Of a stretch of DNA of 64,000 bases, positions 53,674 to 61,678 are shown in pieces; the first letter of the stretch is position 1; each line of letters starts with the position of its first letter. A program made the position numbers and the translations under genes. The notes beneath the pieces were generated by a model. That model worked only from the letters and a program-made list of their open reading frames with translations, had not been told where the DNA came from and did no database searches. Location of the stretch: IMG/VR virus record IMGVR_UViG_3300027805_000012, positions 4,421 through 68,420 of that record; one strand, given 5' to 3'. The stretch comes from a virus.

Positions 53674-54309
53674 TTACCTATATGATGGCACGAATGGTTC
53701 ATCCACATCAGTCTCGACCGACGTAATTTCCCCATTTTCACCTACTGTAAACGCTAGCACGGTCTTTTGGTCGTTAAGCTTTTCCATAAGCACTTTCTGT
53801 TTAGTTACTTCCTGGAAAGAAGGATTGAGCTTTACTAGCGTAACCTCAACAGAGTACGGCATAACGGCAGGCGAAGAGATTCCGGCGTACTCTTTTCTAT
53901 CTGCAAAGGTATGAACATTTACGACGTATCTTCCTGGGAGTACCGTTCTGATGGTTACTATTTCCCGTCGTATAGCTTGAATCTTTAGAGTTCCATCAAT
54001 CGGATCAACGTACGTATTTCCCAGTCCTCCTCTGTCATCCCTGTCAAGCGTCATCACCCCAATGTCTCTATTGGAGTAACCTATCATCTTGCCATCTGGC
54101 ATTTTCACCCAAAGATCCTGATCATCAAGGGAACCATCTGGCCATGATAAGGTAAGAACAAATTCAGCCTTCATTTCAATGGCCTTTTTGGATGGTTCAA
54201 TAGATGGTTTTATCATGATGAACGCAAGCAAAAATAGCAGTGCGAATGCCAAGGCCATGTTAAACAGCATATCTAGGAAGGCAAGGTCTGATCTAACTCG
54301 TTCTTTCAA
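53674..54309 (-). CDS. ExbD/MotB-like single-TM protein with DxDLWV (YfaP-like) domain
   Basis: 'AFLDMLFN' TM aspartate; 'WPDGSLDDQDLWVKMPDG', 'REIVTIR..LPGRYVVNVH'. Confidence 0.65.
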   Translation of the reverse strand: MKERVRSDLAFLDMLFNMALAFALLFLLAFIMIKPSIEPSKKAIEMKAEFVLTLSWPDGSLDDQDLWVKMPDGKMIGYSNRDIGVMTLDRDDRGGLGNTYVDPIDGTLKIQAIRREIVTIRTVLPGRYVVNVHTFADRKEYAGISSPAVMPYSVEVTLVKLNPSFQEVTKQKVLMEKLNDQKTVLAFTVGENGEITSVETDVDEPFVPSYR

Positions 54310-54773
54310 TTGCTTTCCTTTAGGTATTCTAGATTGATCAGTTGCAGCTTAAACACCAATGAGCACGCAAGCCCGACTATAGTTGTTATAGCTGATGTGG
54401 AAAAACCATTTGCCATCTGCGCTATTAGAGCCTGCATTGCAGCAGTGTCAGCTGTGTTTATAGGTGAACCCAAAGCTGATCCAAGAAGTACTAGAAATCC
54501 AGTAAGAGTTCCAAGCATCCCCAATCCCATCATGGCTTCTGCTATGTACCAGCAGATAGGAAGATGTCTAGTAAAATCTTGATCACCGTTTCGTGATTTG
54601 AATGTAAGCTGTCCTACCCATATAGTTGACAGAATGAAAACTACAACTGTCACAGCTGACAAATAAGAGATGTCTACCTTAAGCATGTAGTGGAAAAAAT
54701 TCATGTTCCACGCAACAAAAATTCCAAAGGCTGACATGCAAAAGATAAACCACCATCTTAGTACAACTATCAT
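54306..54773 (-). CDS. MotA/TolQ/ExbB proton-channel family protein
   Basis: 'EAMMGLGMLGTLTGF', 'GFSTSAITTIVGL'; GGGAG Shine-Dalgarno before 54773. Confidence 0.82.
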   Translation of the reverse strand: MIVVLRWWFIFCMSAFGIFVAWNMNFFHYMLKVDISYLSAVTVVVFILSTIWVGQLTFKSRNGDQDFTRHLPICWYIAEAMMGLGMLGTLTGFLVLLGSALGSPINTADTAAMQALIAQMANGFSTSAITTIVGLACSLVFKLQLINLEYLKESN

Positions 54774-54882
54774 TTTTTCTCCCATTTGCCGCAGCACGTT
54801 TCTATTTAAGCGCCTAACTAAGTCTTTTGTAATTTTCGTCAGCACGAAACACTAAATACCATTTGGATGAAGAGAATACTTA

Positions 54883-55176
54883 ATGTTACTAACTAAGTTT
54901 TCCACTGTGGCTTTTATGTCATTGGCGATACTTTTAGTAAGTTTTTCCGCGCTTGGCAGTGAAAAGCCCACATTGCAAGAGCTAGAAGACGCGTACTGGA
55001 AGTGCGAAGAAGCAGCAGCTGTAACAACCTTAAATTCTTCTCAGGCAGCTTTCTGTAGCGCCGTTTTTGAAGAACTAAAGCGTGAAAAATTTGGTGGGGA
55101 TTTTTCAAAATTCTATAGATGGTGGCAACAAAACAACAAAAAGATAAAAAGAGACAAAGATGACAGGAATCCTTAA
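54883..55176 (+). CDS. Small exported protein
   Basis: Signal-peptide-like N-terminus and two Cys. Confidence 0.6.
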   Translation: MLLTKFSTVAFMSLAILLVSFSALGSEKPTLQELEDAYWKCEEAAAVTTLNSSQAAFCSAVFEELKREKFGGDFSKFYRWWQQNNKKIKRDKDDRNP

Positions 55177-55468
55177 AGAATTGCTCACTCTGCTTGAGTC
55201 AAACACGTACAGCATTAATAAAAGATGCAGCATCGATCTTTCTGCACTTGAACAATCTATTGCAACTCAGCTGATTGCAAATCCTGAAACTCTAGGAACT
55301 TTCGTCTTTGAGGATGATGAAGGAAGGTTTAGATGGTTTTCATCAGCTAATCTAAAGAATGAAGACGCGTCATTTTCTAAATCAGCAAGAATGGCGTGCG
55401 ATTACTATAAGAGATTGGCAGGCACCAGCTTCTGTAGGTTAAACTGCACAAGCGCCAAGATAAGGTGA
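55160..55468 (+). CDS. Hypothetical protein
   Basis: 102-aa ORF. Confidence 0.5.
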   Translation: MTGILKELLTLLESNTYSINKRCSIDLSALEQSIATQLIANPETLGTFVFEDDEGRFRWFSSANLKNEDASFSKSARMACDYYKRLAGTSFCRLNCTSAKIR

Positions 55469-55507
55469 CATCGCTAAAATGACTGCAGCTATAAAAAGGA
55501 GAAAAAT

Positions 55508-55804
55508 ATGCAGTTCCCAAGACTATCTGAAATTGCTGGAATAAAGACTGAAGAGCAACAGCTTCTGGTCGAAAAGAAGTGGAGTGCAAAAGTAACCACT
55601 AGATGGTCCCCACCAGAAGGATTCTTTACTAAGTCAGCTGAAGCGATTGCTACTGGACTGAAAACAAATCATTCAGACCTACGCTCAGCAATGTCCAGTT
55701 TAAACTTCTACATCAATAGAGCGGGAAAAAATCTATCTGCTGAAGATAGGCAACGCTTAGAGACAGCTAAAAAGAAACTGCAAGCGCACTTCAAGGGTAA
55801 GTGA
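55508..55804 (+). CDS. DUF3175-like protein
   Basis: 'KWSAKV', 'SAMSSLNFYINRAGKNL...LETAK..L'. Confidence 0.7.
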   Translation: MQFPRLSEIAGIKTEEQQLLVEKKWSAKVTTRWSPPEGFFTKSAEAIATGLKTNHSDLRSAMSSLNFYINRAGKNLSAEDRQRLETAKKKLQAHFKGK

Positions 55805-55939
55805 TAAATGGGATCTGGCTTTTTAAACCTGATTTTTAGAGCCAGTTCACTAAATACACCGTACAAACCTGCAGCTGTTTTCTATAATGACATCATATGT
55901 TTTTCAGATACATAGCTGCACTGCCTTGATGGTTCAACA

Positions 55940-56611
55940 GTGAGCAAGGAAGAATTCTTAGCCTTTTTAAGTGATCTTATAGATGCCCTAACGTGGAAAA
56001 GGGCGCTTTTGATCTTCTTACTTGGGGTGTCCACAATTCTGATTGCTGTCGTATTTGAAAACAGAACATCTCTTTTTAATAGATTTTTTGATCAAGTTCC
56101 GGTTGAAAACATAAGCACTCCTTGGGAAGTTTCAGAGCAGACTAAGAGTGAAATGATTAAGATGGTCAAGACGCCTCTTGTTGGTGCGATTTTGTTGACT
56201 GAAATAGATCTAAAGAAAAACAGAAAGATTGTTAAGTTTTGGTACGTGGAAGATGAAATGCTAAGAAATCAAGCACTTGAAATTTCAACAAATGTTCTAC
56301 CACAGGCATTTTTTGATACAGACCCAAAGAACAATGATCAAATGTTAGCGGTACTTAACAACCAATTTCTTTGCAGTAAAACAGAGGATACCATCTTTAT
56401 AAGATTTTTTCCAGAGCTTTCAAAAACCTATCCATCTGTCTGCAGACTGGCCGTTCCCCCATTTAGCGGTCAGTTTGCAGGCATGATAACTTTGTTCCTA
56501 ACAAAGTTACCAGAGCATACAGAAGTAGATTCACTCAAGATCGAAGCAACCCAGCTTTCTATAGAAACATATCTTCGCGACATCCAAAAGGACGGAAGAG
56601 GTAGAAAGTGA
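55940..56611 (+). CDS. Single-TM protein with periplasmic domain, T4 holin T-like
   Basis: N-terminal TM; C-terminal 'CRLAVPPFSGQFAGMITLFL' resembles T4 gpT 'CPYFNLDNIYAGTITMYW'. Confidence 0.5.
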   Translation: MSKEEFLAFLSDLIDALTWKRALLIFLLGVSTILIAVVFENRTSLFNRFFDQVPVENISTPWEVSEQTKSEMIKMVKTPLVGAILLTEIDLKKNRKIVKFWYVEDEMLRNQALEISTNVLPQAFFDTDPKNNDQMLAVLNNQFLCSKTEDTIFIRFFPELSKTYPSVCRLAVPPFSGQFAGMITLFLTKLPEHTEVDSLKIEATQLSIETYLRDIQKDGRGRK

Positions 56612-57306
56612 CGCTGCCACTGTTAACAAGCTTTATTACGAAGCTAATTCGTAAAATTACCCTTAACCGCGTTTTAGTGTGGTCATTCACCGCGCTAACG
56701 GTTATTCTCTTTTACACGCTGTACGAGAATAAAACGCAGCTCGTATCTCACTTTACTACTCCTAGCATTACCAACATGGTAGGAGTAACTTTTGACGTCA
56801 GCAAGGAAACAAGAGCCCAAGCTCAGTTGACAGTAGAAGGTGATAAAAGCATAGTTGGAATTTCTATAATGTCAGCTGATCTGCGCTTAAATCAAGCGCA
56901 CGGTGTGTTTTATTTTTCCGATGACGCGGTAGTTTCTGATGTTCTGTACCGCGCTGAACGTGCTGGAAGCAATAGAATGCCGATCTTCACTACATCAGAC
57001 AGCCATAATGGCGAGATGGTAAAACTGATTAATGGCACTTTTTCCTGCGCCAAATTCAGCACGACGCTTTCATCAAAGATCTACCCTGAGCTCTCAAGCT
57101 CTATAAAAACAGTATGTAGATCTGGAATTCCTTCGTACTACGGTTATTTTTCTGGGTACGTTGAAGTTTATCTGTCTGAGGAAGTTGTGTCTGAAAAGAC
57201 AATGCAGCTTGAGCTGATTATTGAAGGATTAGCAGATGCTATCTACTTCGATGACGTCATCCCAACTCAGCGACCAGAGAAAATGATAGGACAAAGACGC
57301 TTTTAA
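56608..57306 (+). CDS. Paralogous holin T-like protein
   Basis: Same architecture; 'VCRSGIPSYYGYFSGYVEVYL'. Confidence 0.5.
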   Translation: MTLPLLTSFITKLIRKITLNRVLVWSFTALTVILFYTLYENKTQLVSHFTTPSITNMVGVTFDVSKETRAQAQLTVEGDKSIVGISIMSADLRLNQAHGVFYFSDDAVVSDVLYRAERAGSNRMPIFTTSDSHNGEMVKLINGTFSCAKFSTTLSSKIYPELSSSIKTVCRSGIPSYYGYFSGYVEVYLSEEVVSEKTMQLELIIEGLADAIYFDDVIPTQRPEKMIGQRRF

Positions 57307-57417
57307 CCTGTTTTACTCATAGCTAAAACTGTCATGCTGTAATAAAATTTATGTTACTGTAAGGTGCAAAATAAATTTTCACCTTACGGATAAATTTTTC
57401 ATCCACATAGGTAAAAC

Positions 57418-57651
57418 ATGCATCAAGCCCAAAAGATTTTCCATCGACTTTGCGCGGTAGAAAAGATCGAAATTCGCGCAGCTAATACAGATAGGCTGGA
57501 CTTTCTGGCGCAAACTAATTACCAAGCTGATCTTCCGGTTCTTAACGCAGACGATCGGTTAGCAGTCCTGCGGGAAGTAAAAGTTCTCTGTCTTCAAGAA
57601 AGCGCCAGCTTTTCTATCACCAATGGATTTCCTTGCACCTGGAAGTTCTAA
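57418..57651 (+). CDS. Hypothetical protein
   Basis: 77-aa ORF. Confidence 0.5.
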   Translation: MHQAQKIFHRLCAVEKIEIRAANTDRLDFLAQTNYQADLPVLNADDRLAVLREVKVLCLQESASFSITNGFPCTWKF

Positions 57652-57968
57652 TGGCGACGGTCACATATCCAAATGGGGTAGTTCTGTCATGGGATGATAC
57701 CCTGCAGGTTGGTGAGCTCATCACAGCGCATGAGGCGGGGTATCACATCATCACAGGTTTCGAATACCGTGATGGAATGACCCCTCTTATCTATCATGCT
57801 CGCGTGGTCTCGGATGCTGGTAGGAAGGTCAAGGGAACCAAGACCCTGAAGTGCGATGCTTCTTATGCCCGTCGGCTGACTAAGGAGGACATCGAGATCC
57901 TCTACAGGGTAGAGATCAATGCCGCTAGCATTAAAAAATCCAACCTGATGCAGTTTGCTATCCGCTAA
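57651..57968 (+). CDS. Hypothetical protein
   Basis: MATVTYPNG, 105 aa. Confidence 0.6.
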   Translation: MATVTYPNGVVLSWDDTLQVGELITAHEAGYHIITGFEYRDGMTPLIYHARVVSDAGRKVKGTKTLKCDASYARRLTKEDIEILYRVEINAASIKKSNLMQFAIR

Positions 57969-58002
57969 ACGGGTAAATAGGGAATATGCTTGGAGGTTCC
58001 CT

Positions 58003-59082
58003 ATGGCAAAAATTCTTGTTGTTGGCGCTGGTAGAGTTGGGTCTGCCTGTGTAAAGATCATTGCGGCTACATCAAACCATGAGATAGTAGTAGCTGACTA
58101 TTCAGAGTCAGCCCTAGATAATTTACATGATGAGCTCTTAAGAGTGGAGCAGGACAAAGCTTCTGTTTCATACTTTCTAGCTTATGACACAGCTTCACTA
58201 GAAACAATCTTTAAAAATGAATCTCCCAACGTCGTAATTTGCTCGACACCATTTACAGTTAATCTTGAGGTTGCACGATTAGCTGCAGCATTTGGCGTAA
58301 GCTACATCGACTTCACCGAGGATACCAAGGTCACCGACGAAATTTCTAAACTGGATGTTAAAGGTTCCACCTTCGTTCCACAAACTGGACTTGCCCCAGG
58401 TCTTATTAGCTATCTTGGTCTTGAGCTTTTTGACAAACTTGGTATCCCGCACGAGCTTAAGCTTAGAGTAGGCGCCTTACCAAGATCCGCATTTGGTCCA
58501 GAGCACTACGCTATAACGTGGTCAGTTGATGGTCTCATCAATGAATATCTAAACCCGGCATTTAGAAAAAGAAATGGTGCGGTAGAGACAGTAGCCCCTC
58601 TAACAGAACATGAAACTGTTGTTGTTGGCGGAACGCTGTATGAAGGCTTCACCACTTCAGGCGGAGTAGGTAGCCTGGGCGCCTACGACAGCATACCAAA
58701 TGTTGAGTATAAGACACTTCGCTATCCAGGACATCTCACGTTTATCAAGGACCTTCTACAAAGAACTAAATTTGATCTTCAGCTTGGAGTTAATGAAGCA
58801 AAGAAAGTTTTTAATCGAACACGAGATGACGTTGTTGTTCTGCTTGCTTTGGCATCTGATGTAGATGGACTATGCTCCTCAGTTGGGTTGCATTTTTCTC
58901 CTCACGCGCAGCTGCGGCTTACGGCCCTTGAGCTCACAACTGCAGGAATAGGCGTAGCTGTCGCTGAGCTTATACTTGGTGGACAACTGCCGGGTGGTAT
59001 TTTGAAACCAAATCAGATACCTATGGCTATGATTAGAACTACCGCTGCTCATCAGCTTATTTTCTCGGTTGTTAACCAATAA
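58003..59082 (+). CDS. Saccharopine dehydrogenase-like oxidoreductase
   Basis: Rossmann 'ILVVGAGRVG', 'SYIDF', 'TGLAPG', 'ITWSVDGLINEY', 'YKTLRYPGH'. Confidence 0.9.
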   Translation: MAKILVVGAGRVGSACVKIIAATSNHEIVVADYSESALDNLHDELLRVEQDKASVSYFLAYDTASLETIFKNESPNVVICSTPFTVNLEVARLAAAFGVSYIDFTEDTKVTDEISKLDVKGSTFVPQTGLAPGLISYLGLELFDKLGIPHELKLRVGALPRSAFGPEHYAITWSVDGLINEYLNPAFRKRNGAVETVAPLTEHETVVVGGTLYEGFTTSGGVGSLGAYDSIPNVEYKTLRYPGHLTFIKDLLQRTKFDLQLGVNEAKKVFNRTRDDVVVLLALASDVDGLCSSVGLHFSPHAQLRLTALELTTAGIGVAVAELILGGQLPGGILKPNQIPMAMIRTTAAHQLIFSVVNQ

Positions 59083-59117
59083 ATACAGGTAACGGCACTT
59101 TTGCCTAGCTAGGAGAA

Positions 59118-59231
59118 TGACATGATAGAATTTGGCGCTGGACTTGTTTTAGGAACTGCGTTTGCTCCATTGTGGATGATGCTGTATAACAACTACGCCA
59201 AGCCGCAAATTGAAAAGCTGATGGGGAGATA
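59118..59231 (+). CDS. Small membrane peptide
   Basis: M(T/M)IEFGAGLVLGTAFAPLWMMLYN...; AGGAG Shine-Dalgarno. Confidence 0.45.
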
Positions 59232-59476
59232 ATGTGAATATTGACATTTCTCTAATTACCGGTGCCTCGTTAGGTGTTGAGTTCATTGGGGTAGATGAAG
59301 CAGCAGATATATCATGCCCATGTGTTGTTGTTGATCTGCTGTTTATTCGAATAGTCCTGGAATTTATACAAAAATAAACTGACCATGGAGAATCAACTAA
59401 TGGTCTGTTCCTCGTAACAGACCATTTTTGTTACAAATTACCATACACTAACCTGAAAAGTGTGTTAAAATACATC

Positions 59477-59920
59477 ATGAGAAATTTATCAGATTACGAA
59501 AAGGAGCCAAGATCTGGGTTGATACCGTTCTTGAGATCACCCGATGGGACAATCAGGTACCTGATGATGGTTGCGTCTGATCCCAAGTTTGGTGGCCATC
59601 GCCCCATGATTTCTAAGGGTAAGATAGAGGATGATGAAGGTCCTCTTGAATGCGCCATTAGAGAAGCTGAGGAAGAGCTTGGACTCAAAAAAAGAAACCT
59701 AAGAGGTGAATTCTACGAGGTATTTGAGGGTAGGATTGAGCTTTACTCCTGCGCCTACACACTGTTTGTTTTCGGTGTTGAAATTCAAGACAGATACGAC
59801 TTTGGCAAGTGGTGTGATGAGACTGAGTACACTCTTTGGTTAACTCTAGAAGAATTTAAAGAAAAAGGAAGAAAGGACCACATTAGGTTCGTTGAGGAAT
59901 TGGAAAGGATGGTAACATGA
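59477..59920 (+). CDS. NUDIX hydrolase
   Basis: Nudix box 'KGKIEDDEGPLECAIREAEEELG'. Confidence 0.92.
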   Translation: MRNLSDYEKEPRSGLIPFLRSPDGTIRYLMMVASDPKFGGHRPMISKGKIEDDEGPLECAIREAEEELGLKKRNLRGEFYEVFEGRIELYSCAYTLFVFGVEIQDRYDFGKWCDETEYTLWLTLEEFKEKGRKDHIRFVEELERMVT

Positions 59921-60504
59921 GCCGAATTCTTAAGCTTGATGTTAACGGAACTCCGTCTGAGTGGGTATCCCACCAGGATGCTATCATCTATCATGCCAAG
60001 AACCTGGTTGCATGGCAGCTCGGCGAGGGTGAAGGAGATGTTCTGTTTCGTGGTGGTCAGAACCGTATCACCGGAAAGCAGTCACGCATTGTAACGGCGC
60101 CTATCATCGCCGTTAAGGGCGAAGGGGGTGCCGCCAAGCGACTGAACAAGCCGCCAGGTCTCACAAACAGGGAACTCTTTAGACGTGACCATTACATGTG
60201 CGCCTACTGTGGAGGCATCTTCAAGGAGCTGCAACTCACACGCGACCACGTAATTCCACGATCAAAAGGTGGCCCTGACAAGTGGACCAACGTTGTTACA
60301 GCATGCGAGAAGTGCAACCACAAGAAGGACGATCAGCTTCTTCACGAGTGCGGTATGGAGCTTCTGTACGTGCCGTACGCCCCTAACAGGGCTGAGGCGT
60401 TGATCCTTGAGAACCGTGTCATCCTCGGATGTCAGATGGACTACCTCAAGAGCTTCCTGCCTGACCACAGTCGAGTGTGGAAGCATCTGTCAACTGCACA
60501 GTAA
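59917..60504 (+). CDS. HNH endonuclease (McrA/HNH_5-like)
   Basis: 'LFRRDHYMCAYCG', 'TRDHVIPRSKGG...WTNVVTACEKCNHKK'. Confidence 0.92.
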   Translation: MSRILKLDVNGTPSEWVSHQDAIIYHAKNLVAWQLGEGEGDVLFRGGQNRITGKQSRIVTAPIIAVKGEGGAAKRLNKPPGLTNRELFRRDHYMCAYCGGIFKELQLTRDHVIPRSKGGPDKWTNVVTACEKCNHKKDDQLLHECGMELLYVPYAPNRAEALILENRVILGCQMDYLKSFLPDHSRVWKHLSTAQ

Positions 60505-60527
60505 GGGGAGCCTAGGCTCCCCTTTTT
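60505..60527 (+). terminator. Rho-independent terminator
   Basis: ggggagcc/ggctcccc followed by TTTTT. Confidence 0.85.
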
Positions 60528-60542
60528 AACCAAGGATAAGAA

Positions 60543-61121
60543 ATGGACGCCAAAGACAGAATTGAACAGGAAGTTTCGAACGCGCTTGCACGTTCTCGCA
60601 CAAAATGGCTGCTTCATGCCGTTGCAGCAACAACAGTTCTGTATCTGATACTCTCTAGTTGGTGGTTGCTAGCTATTCCCATTTATCTCTTTGTTAGCTA
60701 CCAAGCTATGCTGTTCATGACTGTAAATTCTTTGAGCAAAACTCTATCTGCGTCTATGCTACATGAAGTTTCAAAGGCTGAGGCGATGCGTCAATTCTCA
60801 GAGATGAAGGAAAAAATTGATGCTGGAGAAACACAGCCAACTTTGGAATTCTTGGATACTATGAGGAGCGCAGGGCTCGCGGTAGGTTCTGTAGTCGCAG
60901 TTTCAGAACAAATACTTGGCCGCTATCAGGATGCCGATATTCACGAATGGGTTGAAATCAAAGATTCAACATCTGAGCAAGCCCAAAAGTACTGGTTTGA
61001 ACATGTTGCACAGGTTGACAGCAATGGAGCTTTTATACTGCCTGAACTTGAAGACAAAATCTGCGCATGTGTCAATGGTTTCATTTACTCCCGCCCAGTT
61101 GAAAGCATTCAACCTGAATAA
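60543..61121 (+). CDS. Membrane protein
   Basis: Two N-terminal hydrophobic helices. Confidence 0.65.
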   Translation: MDAKDRIEQEVSNALARSRTKWLLHAVAATTVLYLILSSWWLLAIPIYLFVSYQAMLFMTVNSLSKTLSASMLHEVSKAEAMRQFSEMKEKIDAGETQPTLEFLDTMRSAGLAVGSVVAVSEQILGRYQDADIHEWVEIKDSTSEQAQKYWFEHVAQVDSNGAFILPELEDKICACVNGFIYSRPVESIQPE

Positions 61122-61173
61122 ATGTCAAGCAAAAACGGCTTTTTACCATCTTTCGATATAAAATAACATCATA

Positions 61174-61312
61174 CACCAAATTGTTGGTGTAGCGATTGGC
61201 TGGAACCGATCGGTAGCGGTTATCTTAACATGAATGCCGTGCATCCTAGAGGACGAGTATTCTCCTCTAGCGCATGAAAACAGTTGGGAGGTCTGGCAAT
61301 ACCTCATCCGTT
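61174..61312 (+). ncRNA. Run of four hairpins upstream of the Y-like RNA
   Basis: caccaa/ttggtg, cgattgg/ccgatcg, ctagagga/tcctctag, gaggt/acctc. Confidence 0.45.
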
Positions 61313-61342
61313 CCCGTTCCACTCTTTGTTCCCCATTTCAAA

Positions 61343-61647
61343 CCAGTCGAAATTCCGTCAACCTTAACACAGACCGCTTGGAATTGGTTATCATTAAACG
61401 ATGACACCGCAAGCACTTGACTACCTAAGCCAGTTGAAAGACAAGCCGGGCAAGTCAAGGGTACGCCGCCAAAACCTTACGAGCGGACAGTCTAGTCTTC
61501 TATAAAGAAGAACGTTGGAGGATCGAACACCTCATAAGTTACCCGTAACGAACTAAACGGGTGTAGGTAGCGAGTACTAAAGTACGGACTGCTGAATTTT
61601 CCGATTCCGCATTTTTGTCTGTGTTAAGGCTGACACCTAACTTGCTG
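61343..61647 (+). ncRNA. Long Y-RNA-like RNA
   Basis: CAGUCGAA pairs with CUUGCUG leaving a bulged C; 13-bp perfect helix 61362-74/61617-29; 8-bp helix 61380-87/61601-08; ends 31 nt upstream of Ro60. Confidence 0.7.
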
Positions 61648-61678
61648 TCGCCGACAGCCGATTCAAGAGGAGACCGAT

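Noticed and set aside
53674-54773. Calling the operon a Zorya defence system
   Set aside because: The MotA-like protein is short with no ZorA tail, the partner lacks an OmpA domain, and no ZorC/D/E genes are present.
61267-61458. 63-aa minus-strand ORF upstream of rsr
   Set aside because: It has no ribosome-binding site or homology cue and overlaps the much better supported structured RNA.
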